Assembly (NCBI GenBank): GCA_043228905.1
Contig: JBHGNT010000034.1
Span: forward strand, 226,292 to 290,291
Direction of reading: 5' to 3'
DNA length: 64,000 nucleotides
Source of the DNA: Azolla caroliniana
Lineage: Eukaryota; Plantae; Polypodiophyta
In this document: positions 22,752 to 35,473 of the stretch, piece after piece
Layout of the letters: every line of letters begins with the position of its first letter
Numbering within the stretch: position 1 is the stretch's first letter
Position numbers and translations under genes: made by a program
The notes under the pieces: generated by a model
The model's database searches: none
The model's input: only the letters and a program-made list of their open reading frames with translations
What the model was told of the DNA's origin: nothing

Positions 22752-24472
22752 TGTGATATCGGATTTTTGTGTTCAAACAAGAGAATCGAAGCTAATGACA
22801 CACTCTATTATTTGCAATTAAAAAATAATGATTTTGAAACCCAAGTGGAGAGACATGAAGAAAAAAGCAAAGTTGAGGAGGGCGTAGACAAGAACGTTTG
22901 AGTAAATGAAAATGTTCATACCTGGCTCATGTTATATCGGATTTTTGTGTTCAAACATGCGAATCGAAGCTAGCAACACACTCTATAAAATGGAATATAA
23001 AAATAATGATTTTGAAACTCAGGTTGAGAGACAAGAAGAAAAAAGCAAAGTTAAGGAGTGCTTAGAGAAGAGCGTGTGAGTAAATGAAAATGTTCATACC
23101 TGGCTCGTGTGATATAGGACTTTTGTGTTCAAACATGTGAATCGAAGCTAATGACACACTCTATAATATGAAATTAAAAAATAATGATTTTGAAACCCAA
23201 GTCGAGAGACATGAAGAAAAAAACAAAGTTGAGGAGGGCGTAGACAAGAACGTTTGAGTAAATGAAAATGTTCATAATTTGCCCGTTGGTTATCGGGTTT
23301 TTGTTTTCAAACGTGCGAATCGAAGCTAATGACACACTCTATAATATAGAATTAAAAAATAATGATTTTAAACTCAGATCGAGAGACATGAACAGAAAAG
23401 CAAAGTTGAGGAGGTTGTAGACAAGAGCGTGTGAGCAAATGAAAATGTTCATAGCTGGCCTATGTGATATCCAATTTTTGTGTTCAAACAAGCGAATCGA
23501 AGCTAATGACACAATCTATTATGTGCAATTAAAAAATAATGATTTTGAAACCCAAGTCGAGAGACATGAAGAAAAAAGAAAAGTTGAGGAGGGCGTAGAC
23601 AAGAACGTTTGAGTAAATGAAAATGTTCATACCTGGCTCATGTCATATCGGATTTTTGTGTTCAAACATGCAAATCGAAGCTAACAACAGACTCTATAAT
23701 ATGGAATATAAAAATCATGATTTTGAAACTCAGGTTGAGAGACAAGAAGAAAAAAGCAAAGTTAAGGAGTGCTTAGAGAAGAGCGTGTGAGTAAATGAAA
23801 ATGTTCATACCTGGCTCGTGTGATATTGGATTTTTGTGTTCAAACCTGTGAATCGAAGCTAATGACACACTCTATAATATGGAATTAAAAAATAAAGATT
23901 TTGAAACCCAAGTCGAGAGGCATGAAGAAAAAAACAAAGTTGAGGAGGGTGTAGACGAGAACTCATACCTGGCTCGTGTGATATCGGATTTTTGTGTTCA
24001 AACATGCGAATCGAAGCTAATAACAAACTCTATCATATGGAATATAAAAATCATGATTTTGAAACTCAGGTTGAGAGAAATGAAGAAAAAAGCAAAGTTA
24101 AGGAGGGCGTAGAGAAGAGCGTGTGAGTAAATGAAAATGTTCATACCTGGTTCGTGTGATATCGGATTTTTGTGTTCAAACATGTGAATCGAAGCTAATG
24201 ACACACTCTATAATATGGAATAAAAAAAAAATGATTTTGAAACCCAAGTCGAGAGACATGAAGAAAAAAACAAAGTTGAGGAGGGCGTAGACAAGAACAT
24301 TTGAGTAAATGAAAATGTTCGTACCTGGCTCGTTTGATATCGGATTTTTGTGTTCAAACATGCAAATCGAAGCTAATAACACACTATATAATATGGAATA
24401 TAAAAATCATGATTTTGAGACTCAGGTTGAGAGAAATGAAGAAAAAAGCAAAGTTAAGATAGGGAAGAGCGT
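22752..24472 (+). repeat. 178-bp satellite, left array block 2
   Basis: Same monomer and period. Confidence 0.95.
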
Positions 24473-25245
24473 TGTCGTGAAGAATTTCGGCTAGAGGCGA
24501 AAACCGGGAAACATTGGCTACATCGGCGGGGTGCAACGTGTGTACGCACCCATGTACATTTAGTGTGAATATCGAGGGCGCCTTTATGGCGCCGAAGAGT
24601 AGTCAAGTCGGGACAAACGATCCCATGTAAGTCGGGATTTGTCCCGCATTGTAATGCCTCCCTTTTCTTGTTCTATAAACGGAAGGGAACGCCCTTTGTA
24701 AAAGGGTTGCCCATTTTGCATTAGAGGGTATACCGTTAGGTTTAGAGTTAGCTTCTTCTTCTATTTCTCCTTCGTGTTCGCTTAGAGTTTGCTGCAGCTC
24801 ATCTCGTGTGCAAGATCCCGCTCGGCGCGACGAGCCCGAGAGCTCCCCGACGGCGGCTTGAGAACAGACGACTGTTGTAAGTTATCTTGGTCTGGCTCGA
24901 AGCCGGGAATGTATTCTTCATATATATACATACATATACGTTTACGTTTGTCTGTGTATATTCGCGTCGCTGTTGGCGTCGGGTGCTTACCCTCTCCTGC
25001 GTTTTCTGTACATAAGTTGCGAGTCGAGTTGAGCTGTGTGTACGAGTGTGTGGCTGTGTGTGTGTGCGGGTGTGTGTGTGCGTGAGTCGGTGTTAATCTC
25101 TCTGTCTCTCTCCCTTCGGTTGATTCCGGCGTGTTTCTGGGATGCCTCGGTAACGGTGAAGCACGACTTCCTACAGTCCATCACTCCCTAGTCCAAGACC
25201 CCCGTGGTCCCGCCTTTGTCCACGCACGCGCGTAACAACGTGACA
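24473..25245 (+). repeat. 5' LTR of the gag-only gypsy element
   Basis: Direct repeat of 28580-29358 with a few percent divergence. Confidence 0.93.
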
Positions 25246-25249
25246 TCTT

Positions 25250-25267
25250 TGGTGAACCCGACGTGAA
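25250..25267 (+). promoter_or_regulatory. Primer-binding site complementary to the tRNA-Trp 3' end
   Basis: TGGTGAACCCGACGTGAA is the reverse complement of ...UUCACGUCGGGUUCACCA (plant cytosolic tRNA-Trp, recalled sequence). Confidence 0.85.
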
Positions 25268-25282
25268 CGGCGGCAAGGGAGG

Positions 25283-25939
25283 ATGGAGTCGGAAAATGAC
25301 GACCTTGTGGAGATGGTGGCCGAAGTGGTGTTGGAGTCGGCACGAGTGGTGATGAGGCGAGAAGCAGCGCAACAAGCGGTTGAGCGAGTGGCCGAAAGAG
25401 TCGGCCGTTTCAACGGGGACAAAGTCCCATCTTACTTGGAAGCCTACAACGCGGAAATGGAGGAGCGTGGCGTAGACGAGGCGTTGAGGCTGGAATTCTT
25501 CTGCCGGGTCGTAGCTGTCTGGATGCATGCGGAAGTAAAGGAGCTCCGTGAGGCTCATAGTTCGTGGGAGGCCTTCGAAGAGGCGCTCCTGAAGGCATAC
25601 GGAGGACGGCGGAAGAGCCGGGGACGACACGACTTCGACCAGTGGGTAGCATCGGCAAAGACCCACCGGGGTGCGAGGAAAGCGTTCCGGAAGTTCGAGC
25701 GACGACTTGCTCGGCTCCCAGAGTGGGAACAAGGTTTGGTGGGGGCGGACAAAGTCCTTTTGTTCGTCAGGTCGATCGACCGAGCGGAACGGGAAGCCAT
25801 CGGGATTGAGCTCGAAGACGATGATGGAGCGAATGGGCTTACGAAGGACTGGTCGAAGGTCGGAAGGGTATGCCAAAGGCTAGACAACGAGCGAGCCGAG
25901 AAGGCTAAGAGGAAGGTACGCGACGGCGTGCCACCATAG
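25283..25939 (+). CDS. Gag-like protein of the non-autonomous gypsy element
   Basis: ATG 16 nt after the PBS. GRFNGDKVPSYLEAY...SWEAFEEALLKAY resembles a retrotransposon capsid. Confidence 0.7.
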   Translation: MESENDDLVEMVAEVVLESARVVMRREAAQQAVERVAERVGRFNGDKVPSYLEAYNAEMEERGVDEALRLEFFCRVVAVWMHAEVKELREAHSSWEAFEEALLKAYGGRRKSRGRHDFDQWVASAKTHRGARKAFRKFERRLARLPEWEQGLVGADKVLLFVRSIDRAEREAIGIELEDDDGANGLTKDWSKVGRVCQRLDNERAEKAKRKVRDGVPP

Positions 25940-26985
25940 TGGGAAGAGGCCGAACGGCAAAGAGAGTCAGCAAGGGTCGGCGTTGGGGCAGGATTGCGGA
26001 GGCGTACGCAGCGCTCAAAGCGATGCTCGAGGAAGAGGGAGGATCGAGGCCAGAAGCTGAGACCGAGGAGACGGACTTGCCCCACGCGACGGCGGGAGAT
26101 TGGTACGTCGGTACCACAGGAGAGGGTGTGGAACGAAACGCCCTCTCGACTTGCGAAAATAGAACGGCCAAGGACGAGGCCGAGATACCAATCGCGGAAC
26201 TGGAACGTTGGGACCAGCGGTTTCGGGCGTGTCAGCCCGAGATCCTGGTCATTGGAGAAGCAAGCCCAGACGGGGCTTGCGCGATCGGTAAGAAGACGAC
26301 CGCCGACCACGAAGAGTCGGTGGCTACAGACGAGGGTGCAAAACGGACGGGCGATTCTTTGTGTCTTCCCACACTTGCTCCCGAGACGATGGCAGTCGGG
26401 CCCGAGTGCCCACGTGAGTCCCAAGCGGAGGAAGGCGGCGGCGAAAGGCCAAGAATCACCGGCGAGACGATACGGGGAAGGAGCGGATGAAAGCCCACAG
26501 ACCTGATTCCGGAGAACTCGGCATTCGGGCCCGTATGCCCATGTAAGACCGAGGAGATGGATCGCGGTACCGAGGAGTCCTGGCACGATGCCAGCGAAGA
26601 CGGATGGGAAAGGGCCTGCGAGGAGGCCGAGGACGGACACGGCACGTGGGGATCGGCATTCCGATACGGGTGGAGCGTGATCCGGTCGTGGGCCGTTCGA
26701 TTGAGGCCGGACTCGGCATAAAGGTGCCGATATCGGAGGGGGTGCGGGACGAGCCGCCCTCTTTTACATGGGGAGAAAGACCGACCGGGCGAAGGTCGAG
26801 ATTACGGACGAGAACCGGGCGGAGCGGGCTCCCGGATAACCATTCCGGGAGGGAGGAAGAGAGCAGGCCTACGAAGAGGCCGAGGACACGGTACGTCGGT
26901 ACCACGGGAGAGGGTGCGGAGTAAAACGCCCTCTCGGCATGTGGAAAAGGACGACCCGAGACAGGGTCAAGAAGGCGATGGACGC

Positions 26986-27640
26986 CTACGGAGGATCCTT
27001 CACACCGGTTCTAGAGACTTCGGTAGTCGGCAACGCGGTCGACGTAAGACCAAGATACTGATGGTGGCGGCAAGGTGACGAAGGCAAGGGCTACGGAAGG
27101 GCAGTCTACGGAGGATCCTTCACACCGGTTCTAGAGACTTCGGCAGTCGGCAACGCGGTCGACGTAAGACCAAGATACTGACGGTGGCGGCAAGGTGACA
27201 AAGGCAAGGGCTACGGAAGGGTGGTCTACGGAGGATCCTTCACACCGGTTCTAGAGACTTCGGCAGTCGGCAACGCGGTCGACGTAAGACCAAGATACTG
27301 ACGGTGGCGGCGAGGTGACGAAGACAATGGGCGTAAGGAAGTCCGGTCCTACGGGATCCCCACACCGGTTCCCGAGACTCCGGCTGTGCTGCCATCGTGG
27401 CAACGTAAGACTGAGGGAGAAGGAAGGTGGCTGCGGGAAACGGAACCCGGCTACGCGAAAGACACGAGGAGAGTCCGAGAGGGACTCAAACAAAAGAAAC
27501 CCGAGTTTTGGCAAGCATGGAAACGGAGTCCGGTTCTATGGGACCCTCACACCGATCCGGAGACTCCGGCAGTTCGGCCAACGTGGCAACGTGAGACCGA
27601 GGGAGAAGGACGGTGGCGGCAGGGAATGGGACCCGACGAC
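26986..27640. repeat. Internal ~120-bp tandem repeats of the gag-only element
   Basis: CTACGGAGGATCCTTCACACCGGTTCTAGAGACTTCGG at ~26986, 27106, 27226, with diverged copies at ~27348 and ~27536. Confidence 0.85.
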
Positions 27641-28579
27641 ACGAGGTTCGGAAGGAGCCGGTAGGGGCAAACGTGGGGAGGTGTGTCAGGCCGGAAAGGC
27701 ACACCTAGAACAGAACAAGAGTCTCGCAAATGGCCATCGCGGGCCGGATCGAAGCGTGACTACGGGACGATGTTCGGTGCGGTGGGGCCGAACGAAGGAA
27801 GCGGAAGACGGCACAAGGGAGGTGCCGAGAACGAAGTGACAAGTGCCTAGAGGACTGCACAGGGTCGGAATCAGGGTGGCAAGAGAGGCCGGAGGAGGAT
27901 CCTCCACACTCGCTTCGTAGATCTCGGTAGCTCCGTTGAAGTAACGAAGACTGACACGGCAAGCCGGGGTGACAAGCTGGTGGGGGCGAGGGGACGACGG
28001 CAAGCGGAAGACTCAGGGCCTGTTGCAGCAGCACGAAGACGGGAAGGGCCAAGCGGGCTACTACGGGGTGTTCCTCGGATGCAGAGGACACCGGAGCAGC
28101 GATGCACGATCAGGCCGGAAAGGGATCCTCCAGACCGTTCCGGAGACCATGGCGGTTCGAGCCGACACGGCAATGTAAGACCATGGAGAAGGAAGGTGGC
28201 GGCGAGAGGGCGGTGGCCACGCGAAGCAACATGGGACGACAACCAGGACATCACGAAGGGTCAACGGAGGCCAAGCGGGCCACTACGGGCATGCCTCAAG
28301 CGGAGGACATCAGGCATACGGCGGGAAGCGGGGCGTTCATACGACCGAACAAGGGCCAATAGAAGAACGCGTACTACGGATATCGCGGCAGAGGACCCAT
28401 CGACGGGTCGAACGAGCCTACAGGAAGGCGAGCGCGATGGAAGACTCGAAGCCGACGGATCAAACCGGCAGCAAGCCGGGATGCGGATCACGGAAGACCG
28501 GTTTCTCACCGGCCGAAATCTCTCACCCTTCAACCGGACTTGGCACATACTGCTGGATGTGCAGTTAGGTGGGGGCGGA

Positions 28580-29358
28580 TGTCGTGAAGAATTTCGGCCA
28601 GAGGCGAAAACCAGGAAACATTGGCTACATCGGCGGGGTGCAGCGTGTGTACGCACCCATGTACATTTATTGTGAATATCGAGGGCGCCTTTATGGCGCC
28701 GAAGAGTAGTCAAGTCGGGACAGACGATCCCATGTAAGTCGGGATTTGTCCCGCATTGTAATGCCTCCCTTTTCTTGTTCTATAAAAGGAAGGGAACGCC
28801 CTTTGTAAAAGGGTTGCCCATTTTGCATTAGAGGGTATACCGTTAGGTTTAGAGTTAGCTTCTTCTTCTATTTCTCCTTCGTGTTCGCTTAGGGTTTGCT
28901 GCAACTCATCTCGTGTGCAAGACCCCGCTCGGCGCGACGAGCCCGAGAGCTCCCCGACGGCGGCTTGACAACAGACGACTGTTGTAAGTTATCTTGGTCT
29001 GGCTCGAAGCCGGGAATGTATTCTTCATATATATACATACATATACGTTTACGTTTGTCTGTGTATATTCGCATCGCTGTTGGCGTCGGGTGCTTACCCT
29101 CTCCTGCGTTTTCTGTACATAAGGCGCGAGTCGAGTTGAGCTGTGTGTACGAGTGTGTGGCTGTGTGTGTGTGCGGGTGTGTGTGTGTGCGTGAGTCGGT
29201 GTTAATCTCTCTCTCTCTCTCTCTCCCTTCGGTTGCTTCCGGCGAGTTTCTGGGATGCCTCGGTAACGGTGAAGCGCGACTTCCTACACTCCATCACTCC
29301 CTAGTCCAAGACCCCCGTGGTCCCGCCTTTCTCCACGCACGCGCGTAACAACGCGACA
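28580..29358 (+). repeat. 3' LTR of the gag-only gypsy element
   Basis: Follows the PPT; followed by TSD GCGT. Confidence 0.93.
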
Positions 29359-30556
29359 GCGTGTGAGTAAATGAAAATGTTCATACCTGATTCGTGTGAT
29401 ATCGGATTTTTGTGTTCCAACATGTGAATCGAAGCTAATGACACACTCTATAATATGGAATAGGAAAACTATGATTTTAAAACTCAGGTCGAGAGACAAG
29501 AAGAAAAAAGAAATGTTCAGGAGGTTGTAAACAAGAGCGTGTGAGTAAAGAAAAATGTTCATAATTTACCCGTGTGATATCGGATTTTTGTTTTCAAACA
29601 TGCGGATCGAAGCTAATAACACACTTTATAATATAGAATTAAAAAATAATGATTTTGAAACATAGGTAGAGAGACATGAACAGAAAAGCAAAGTTGAGGA
29701 GGTTGTAGACAAGAGCATGTGAGTAAATGAAAATGTTCATAGCTGGCTAGTGTGATATCGGATTTTTGTGTTTAAACAAGCAAATCAAAGCTAATGACAC
29801 AATCTATTATGTGCAATTAAAAAATAATGATTTTGAAACCCAAGTCGAGAGACATAAAGAAAAAAGCAAAGTTGAGGAGGTTGTAGATAAGAGCGTGTGA
29901 GTAAATGAAAATGTTCATAGCTGGCCTGTGAGATATCGGATTTTTTTGTTCAAACATGCGAATCGAAGCTAACAACACACTCTATAATATGGAATATAAA
30001 AATCATGATTTTGAAAGTCAAGTTTAGAGACAAGAAGAAAAAAGAAAAGTTAAGGAGTGCTTAGAGAAGAGCGTGTGAGTAAATGAAAATGTTCATACCT
30101 GGCTCGTGTGATATCGGATTTTTATGTTTAGACCTGTGAATCGAAGCTAATGACACACTCTATGATATGGAATTAAAAAATAATGATTTTGAAACCCAAG
30201 TCGAGAGACATGAAGAAGAAAACAAAGTTGAAGAGGGCGTAGACAAGAACGTTTGAGTAAATGAAAATGTTCATACCTGGCTCATGTGATATCGGATTTT
30301 TGTTTTCAATCATGAGAATCGAAGCTAACAACACACTCTATAATATGGAATATAAAAATCATGATTTTGGAACTCAGGTTGAGAGACAAGAAGAAAAAAG
30401 CAAAGTTAAGGAGGGCGTAGACAAGAACATTTGAGTAAATGAAAATGTTCATACCTGGCTTGTGTGATTTCGGATTTTTGTGTTCAAACATGTGAATCGA
30501 AGCTAACAACACACTCTATAATATGGAATATAAAAATCATAATTTTGGAACTCAGG
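29359..30556 (+). repeat. 178-bp satellite, left array block 3
   Basis: Same monomer and period. Confidence 0.95.
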
Positions 30557-31043
30557 TGATGAGGAATGATCGTCTCTTCAATCTTCACCTCTCGGCCACA
30601 ACCAAGGAAACACACGAATCGTTGTTGCAGAAAATAGGAAATGCGAAAGATAGAGTGGACACACGATTTATCGTGGAAAACCCTATACGGGAAAAACCAC
30701 GGGAGTACAAGACTCCAAACCAATACTATGCACAGAGAAGTATACAATGGCGAGCTGCAAGGCGACGACCTTGAGCTCGCTGTCCTCGCCACAGGCGGCG
30801 GAAATACACAGAGGCGTCGACCTCTTCCTCACTCACGCTCTATCTCTCTCTCTCTCCGGCTGCTCTCTCTTCACTCCTCTTGAGTGGAAAAACAAGAAAA
30901 ATGATCAGCAACAACTGTTTGCCCTAAGTCATATTTATACACATATGACTTTCAGGCTATTTACAAATATAGCCTCAAGGGCCCTTGGCAAACATATTCA
31001 CAAATATGTCCCCGCATCCGGATCTCTCTCCGGGTACATTCGT

Positions 31044-31358
31044 CATCCGGCTCCGTAACCGGGGTCTTCATCATCCGGCTTCGTAGCCGGGGTCTTCGTC
31101 ATCCGGCTCCGTAGCCGGGGTCTTCGTCATCCGGCTCCGTAACCGGGGTCTTCATCATCCGGCTCCGTAGCCGGGGTCTTCATCATCCGGCTCCGTAGCC
31201 GGGGTCTTCATCATCCGGCTCCGTAGCCGGGGTCTTCATCATCCGGCTCCGTAACCGGGGTCTTCATCATCCGGCTCCGTAACCGGGGTCTTCATCATCC
31301 GGCTCCGTAGCCGGGGTCTTCATCATCCGGCTCCGTAGCCGGGGTCTTCATCATCCGG
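31044..31358. repeat. 28-bp VNTR (11 units) in the U3 region of the copia A LTR
   Basis: CATCCGGCTCCGTAGCCGGGGTCTTCAT repeated. Confidence 0.95.
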
Positions 31359-31400
31359 CCATCCCATCCGGAGGGACCGTAATCCCAACAAACTCCCCCT

Positions 31401-34400
31401 TCACTTCGGCATGGGATGTCTTTCCAGTCCGACCCTCTTCCTGCACGCTTCCAGCTTGTCGGGTGTGAGCACTTTGGTCAGCATATCTGACCCGTTCTCT
31501 TCCGTGTGGATCTTCGTCAGCACGAACTCCTGGTCTTCTATCCTTTCCCGGATCCAGTGATATCTTCGCTGGATGTGCTTCGTCCGGGAGTGATAGGCCG
31601 CGTTCTTCGCAAGGTGGATGGCACTCTGACTGTCGCAGTAGAGTCGGTATTCCTCTTGCCGGATACCGAGCTCTCTAATGAAGTCCTTCATCCATATTAT
31701 TTCCTTGCCGGCTTCAACAGCCGCCATGTACTCCGCCTCCGTGGTTGACAACGCAATCGTCTTCTGCAACCTCGACTGCCACGAAACAGCTCCCCCTGCA
31801 TATGTCATTACATACCCTGATGTAGACCGGCTGGTATCCGCATCGGCCGACATGTCCGAATCGGTAAATCCATCGAGTTCGGGCTTACCGGAGCCGAATC
31901 GGAGGCACATGTTCGAAGTGCCCTTTAAGTATCGGAGTATCCATTTGACCGCGTTCCAGTGCTCCTTGCCGGGATTACTCATATACCGGCTCACCACTCC
32001 GACTGCGTATCCAATGTCCGGTCGGGTACACACCATTGCGTACATCAAGCTTCCGACGGCAGAGGCATATGGTACTTTCATCATGTCCTCCTTCTCAGTC
32101 TTTGTCTTGGGGCTTTGCTTGCTGGACAACTTGCAGTTTGCCGGGAGGGTTGACTCGACCGGTCTTGCTTCCGACACGTTGAACCGGTGAAGCACCTTTG
32201 TCACGTACTTCTCCTGTGACAGCCACAACTGCTTCTTCTTCCGGTCCCGGATGATGTGCATCCCTAGTATTTGCCTCGCCGGACCCAGGTCCTTCATTGA
32301 GAAGGTTCGGTGAAGCGCTTTCTTCAGCGTCCGTATCTTGACCTGGTCCCGTCCGACGATCAACATGTCGTCCACGTATAGGAGGAGTATTAGAAAGTCT
32401 CCTCCTTCGAACTTCTTCACAAACACGCAGTGATCAGACTGCGTTTTGTGGTACCCTTCGTCGGTCATGAAGGAGTCGAACTTCCGGTACCATTGCCGGG
32501 GAGCCTGCTTCAGTCCGTAAAGGCTCTTCTTCAACCGGCATACCAGGTGCTCCTTCCCTTTCTTCTCGAATCCTTCCGGTTGCTGCATGTAGATCTCTTC
32601 TTCGAGGTCGCCGTGAAGGAATGCCGTCTTCACGCCATCTGTTCTACCTCGAGGTCCATGCTTGCCGCTATGCTCAGCACCGTCCGGATGGAGGTCATCT
32701 TCACTACCGGGGCAAATATCTCGTCGAAGTCGACGCCCTTCTTCTGCTGGAACCCCTTCACCACGATCCTGGCTTTGTATCTCGGGGGGTTTCCGGCATC
32801 TCCCGGTTTCAGCTTGAACACCCACTTGTTTCGAAGTGCCCGCTTTCCTTTCGGCAACTCCTCAAGTTCATATGTGTGGTTCTCATGCAGGGAATCCATC
32901 TCCTCTTGCATGGCACTTAACCACCTGCGGCTATGGGTTTCAAGCTTTGCTTCTTCAAAACTCTCCGGCTCCCCCTCGTCGGTTAGCAGCACGTGCTCTT
33001 GTTCCGGAAATCTCCGGGGGGCCCTTCTCTCCCTTAGAGGATATCTCCGTTCCGGAGCTTCGGTAACCGGCTCCTCCGTTTCCTCTTCATCCGAATCCAT
33101 TTCGGGATCGGGGCCGGTTCCGGTATCAGTTTCGTCTTCCTCGGCCGGTTCTGTTTCTTCACCGTCTTCAGCCGGATCCTCGAGTGCTAACCGGTCCCTT
33201 GCCGGTCGGGACTGCTCCTCGTAGAGTTGATTCTCACCGGTCGACTTGGAGCTCTTCATCTTCTTCTCCGACTCCCAGTCGGCGAGTGTCTTGTCCTCCA
33301 TGAAGATGATATCTCGACTCCTGAATATCTTCTTGTCAACCGGGTCCCATACTCGGTAGCCGAACTCGTCGTCGCCGTAACCGAGGAATATGCATGGCCG
33401 GGTCTTTGGATCTAACTTTCCTCTCCGGTCCTTTGCCACATGCACGTATGCGAGACACCCGAACACCTTCAGATGCCGGTAAGATACTTCCCTACCGGTC
33501 CACACTCTCTGCGGCGTGTCCCCGTCCAAAGGTACTGAGGGTGATCGGTTTATCACATATGTCGCCGTCGACATTGCCTCAGCCCAAAACCCCTTGGGTA
33601 ATTTCGCATGCGCCAGCATACTCCGGACCCTCTCCATTATGGTCCGGTTCATCCTCTCGGCCAGCCCGTTCAGTTCCGGCGTCTTCGGCACAGTAAACTC
33701 GAGCCGGATTCCCTTCGAGCGACAGTACTCCTTGAACTGCCCCCGGTATTCCCCTCCGTTATCCGCTCGTATCGCTTTCAGCTTCTTGCCGGATTCCCTT
33801 TCCACTCTCGCGTGGAGTTCTTTGAAGACGCACAACACTTGGTCCTTTGTCTTCAATGGTGCCGACCACAGCTTCCGGCTGTGATCATCAATGAATGTTA
33901 CGAAGTACTGGGCTCCGCCATGTGACTTCGTTTCTACCTGACACACATCAGTGTGCACCAACTCCAATGGTGCGCTACGTCTCGTCGGTGGCCTTGAATG
34001 GAAGGAGGTTCGATTCTGCTTACCGGCCAGGCAATCGGTGCACTTCTCCAGGTGCACATGCTTCACTGGAATGAGGTTGTCTTCTGCAAGCCTCTTCATC
34101 CCCTTCTCACTCATGTGGCACAGTCTTTTGTGCCACAGCTCACCGGCAGTGTCGGCTGCCACATTCAGCTCTTCCGGACATAACCGGGCATTCATCAGGT
34201 ACAGTGTGTTGACTTTCCGGGCCCGAGCCACTATCAGGCTCCCCTTGCTGAACTTCATTACGCCGTTCCGGATGCTACCTGTGTAGCCTTCATCGTCTAG
34301 CCTCCCGGCCGAAATCAGGTTCAATCGAACCTCCGGAACGTGTCGGACATCCTTCAGCAGCATTTTGCATCCGGTCGGGGTTGTCAACCACACGTCTCCT

Positions 34401-35473
34401 ATGCCGGCAATTCGGCACGTACCTTCATTTCCCATCCGAACACAGCCATGCTCACCGGCTGTGTAGGATGAGAAGTATCTTCTCTCCGGGGTCAGGTGGA
34501 ACGATGCTCCGGAATCGACCACCCAGGTCGTCTCATCGCCGGCAATGTTTAGTTCACCTTCTTCGGTGATGAGCATGATTTCCTCTTCACTTGCCGCGAG
34601 TGCCGTCGTTCCTTTCCGGTCCTGCCCTCGCCGATCCGGACCTCTCCGGTCCGTGGCTCCCCGGTATGCACCGTTTCTCTCCGGTGACTTCTTCGAATCG
34701 GTGTCGTCGGCTCCGATGTCCTTTCGGTAATGCCGACAATTCTTCCGGAAGTGCCCCGGCTTCCCACAGTGGAAGCATGTGGGTCTTCCTCTTGACTGCG
34801 ACCGGGTCCCCGACTTCTCCCGTCTTTGCGGACTCCGGTTCCATTGTCTTCCCCGTTCTGATTCGGTAAGCAGCGCCTTCGAGTCGGAGGCCGGTTCTTT
34901 ATCTCTCCGACGCGCTTCTTCGTTCAAAATACTTGTCTTTACCGTTTGTAGGGACAAGTTATCTTCCGTGCAGGAGGTGCTGAGAGTCACCACCAAGTTC
35001 TCCCAGCTATCCGGCAATGTACACATCAGAATGATGGCTTGCATTGCATCCTCCAACGGGAACTTGATCGCCGCAAGCTGATTCACGAATCCCATGAACG
35101 TGCTTACGTGTTCCACCATACTCTCGCCGTCCCGGTACTTGAGGTTCACTATCTTCCTCATCAGGGAGGTCCGGTTCAACGCATTCTTCCTCTCGTAGAG
35201 GCCCGACAGCTTCTTCCACATCTCATATGCGTTGGTGTCGTTCGCCACATGTTGTAGAACGCTCACGTCTACGTATTGCCGAATGGTTGCAACGGCTTTC
35301 CGGTTCAGAAGCCTCCATTCCGACTCAAGTACTCCCTTCGGTATTTCCGACCTGTCAATCGGTTCGTACAGGTCCCGAACAATCAGAAGATCCTCCATCT
35401 TGATCTTCCAGTCGGCGTAATTCTGCGCATTCAGCACCATCATCCCCGGCTGCCCGCTGCCGCCGCCTTCCAT
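31401..35473 (-). pseudogene. Copia gag-PR-INT-RT-RH polyprotein with a 1-bp frameshift at ~32635
   Basis: CCHC zinc knuckle, VDSGAS, integrase core, YVDD, FTDSD. TCACGCCATC here versus TCACGTCCATC in copy 2. Confidence 0.93.

Larger units (their letters stand above)
24473..29358 (+). mobile_element. Non-autonomous (gag-only) Ty3/gypsy-type LTR retrotransposon
   Basis: LTRs 24473-25245 and 28580-29358 (TGTCG...GACA); 4-bp TSD GCGT; PBS at 25250; PPT TTAGGTGGGGGCGGA at 28565-28579; gag-like ORF; no pol motifs. Confidence 0.9.

Noticed and set aside
22748-22801. ORF-track start of the 719-aa ORF
   Set aside because: The first 18 codons are satellite-derived; the element's own ATG is at 22747
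25181-28713. Numerous long overlapping ORFs on both strands in the gag-only element
   Set aside because: Expected in GC-rich stop-poor sequence; no recognisable motifs apart from the gag-like ORF
31044-31358. CRISPR-like array of 28-bp palindromic repeats
   Set aside because: No spacers, eukaryotic context, and it lies within copia LTRs; it is a VNTR
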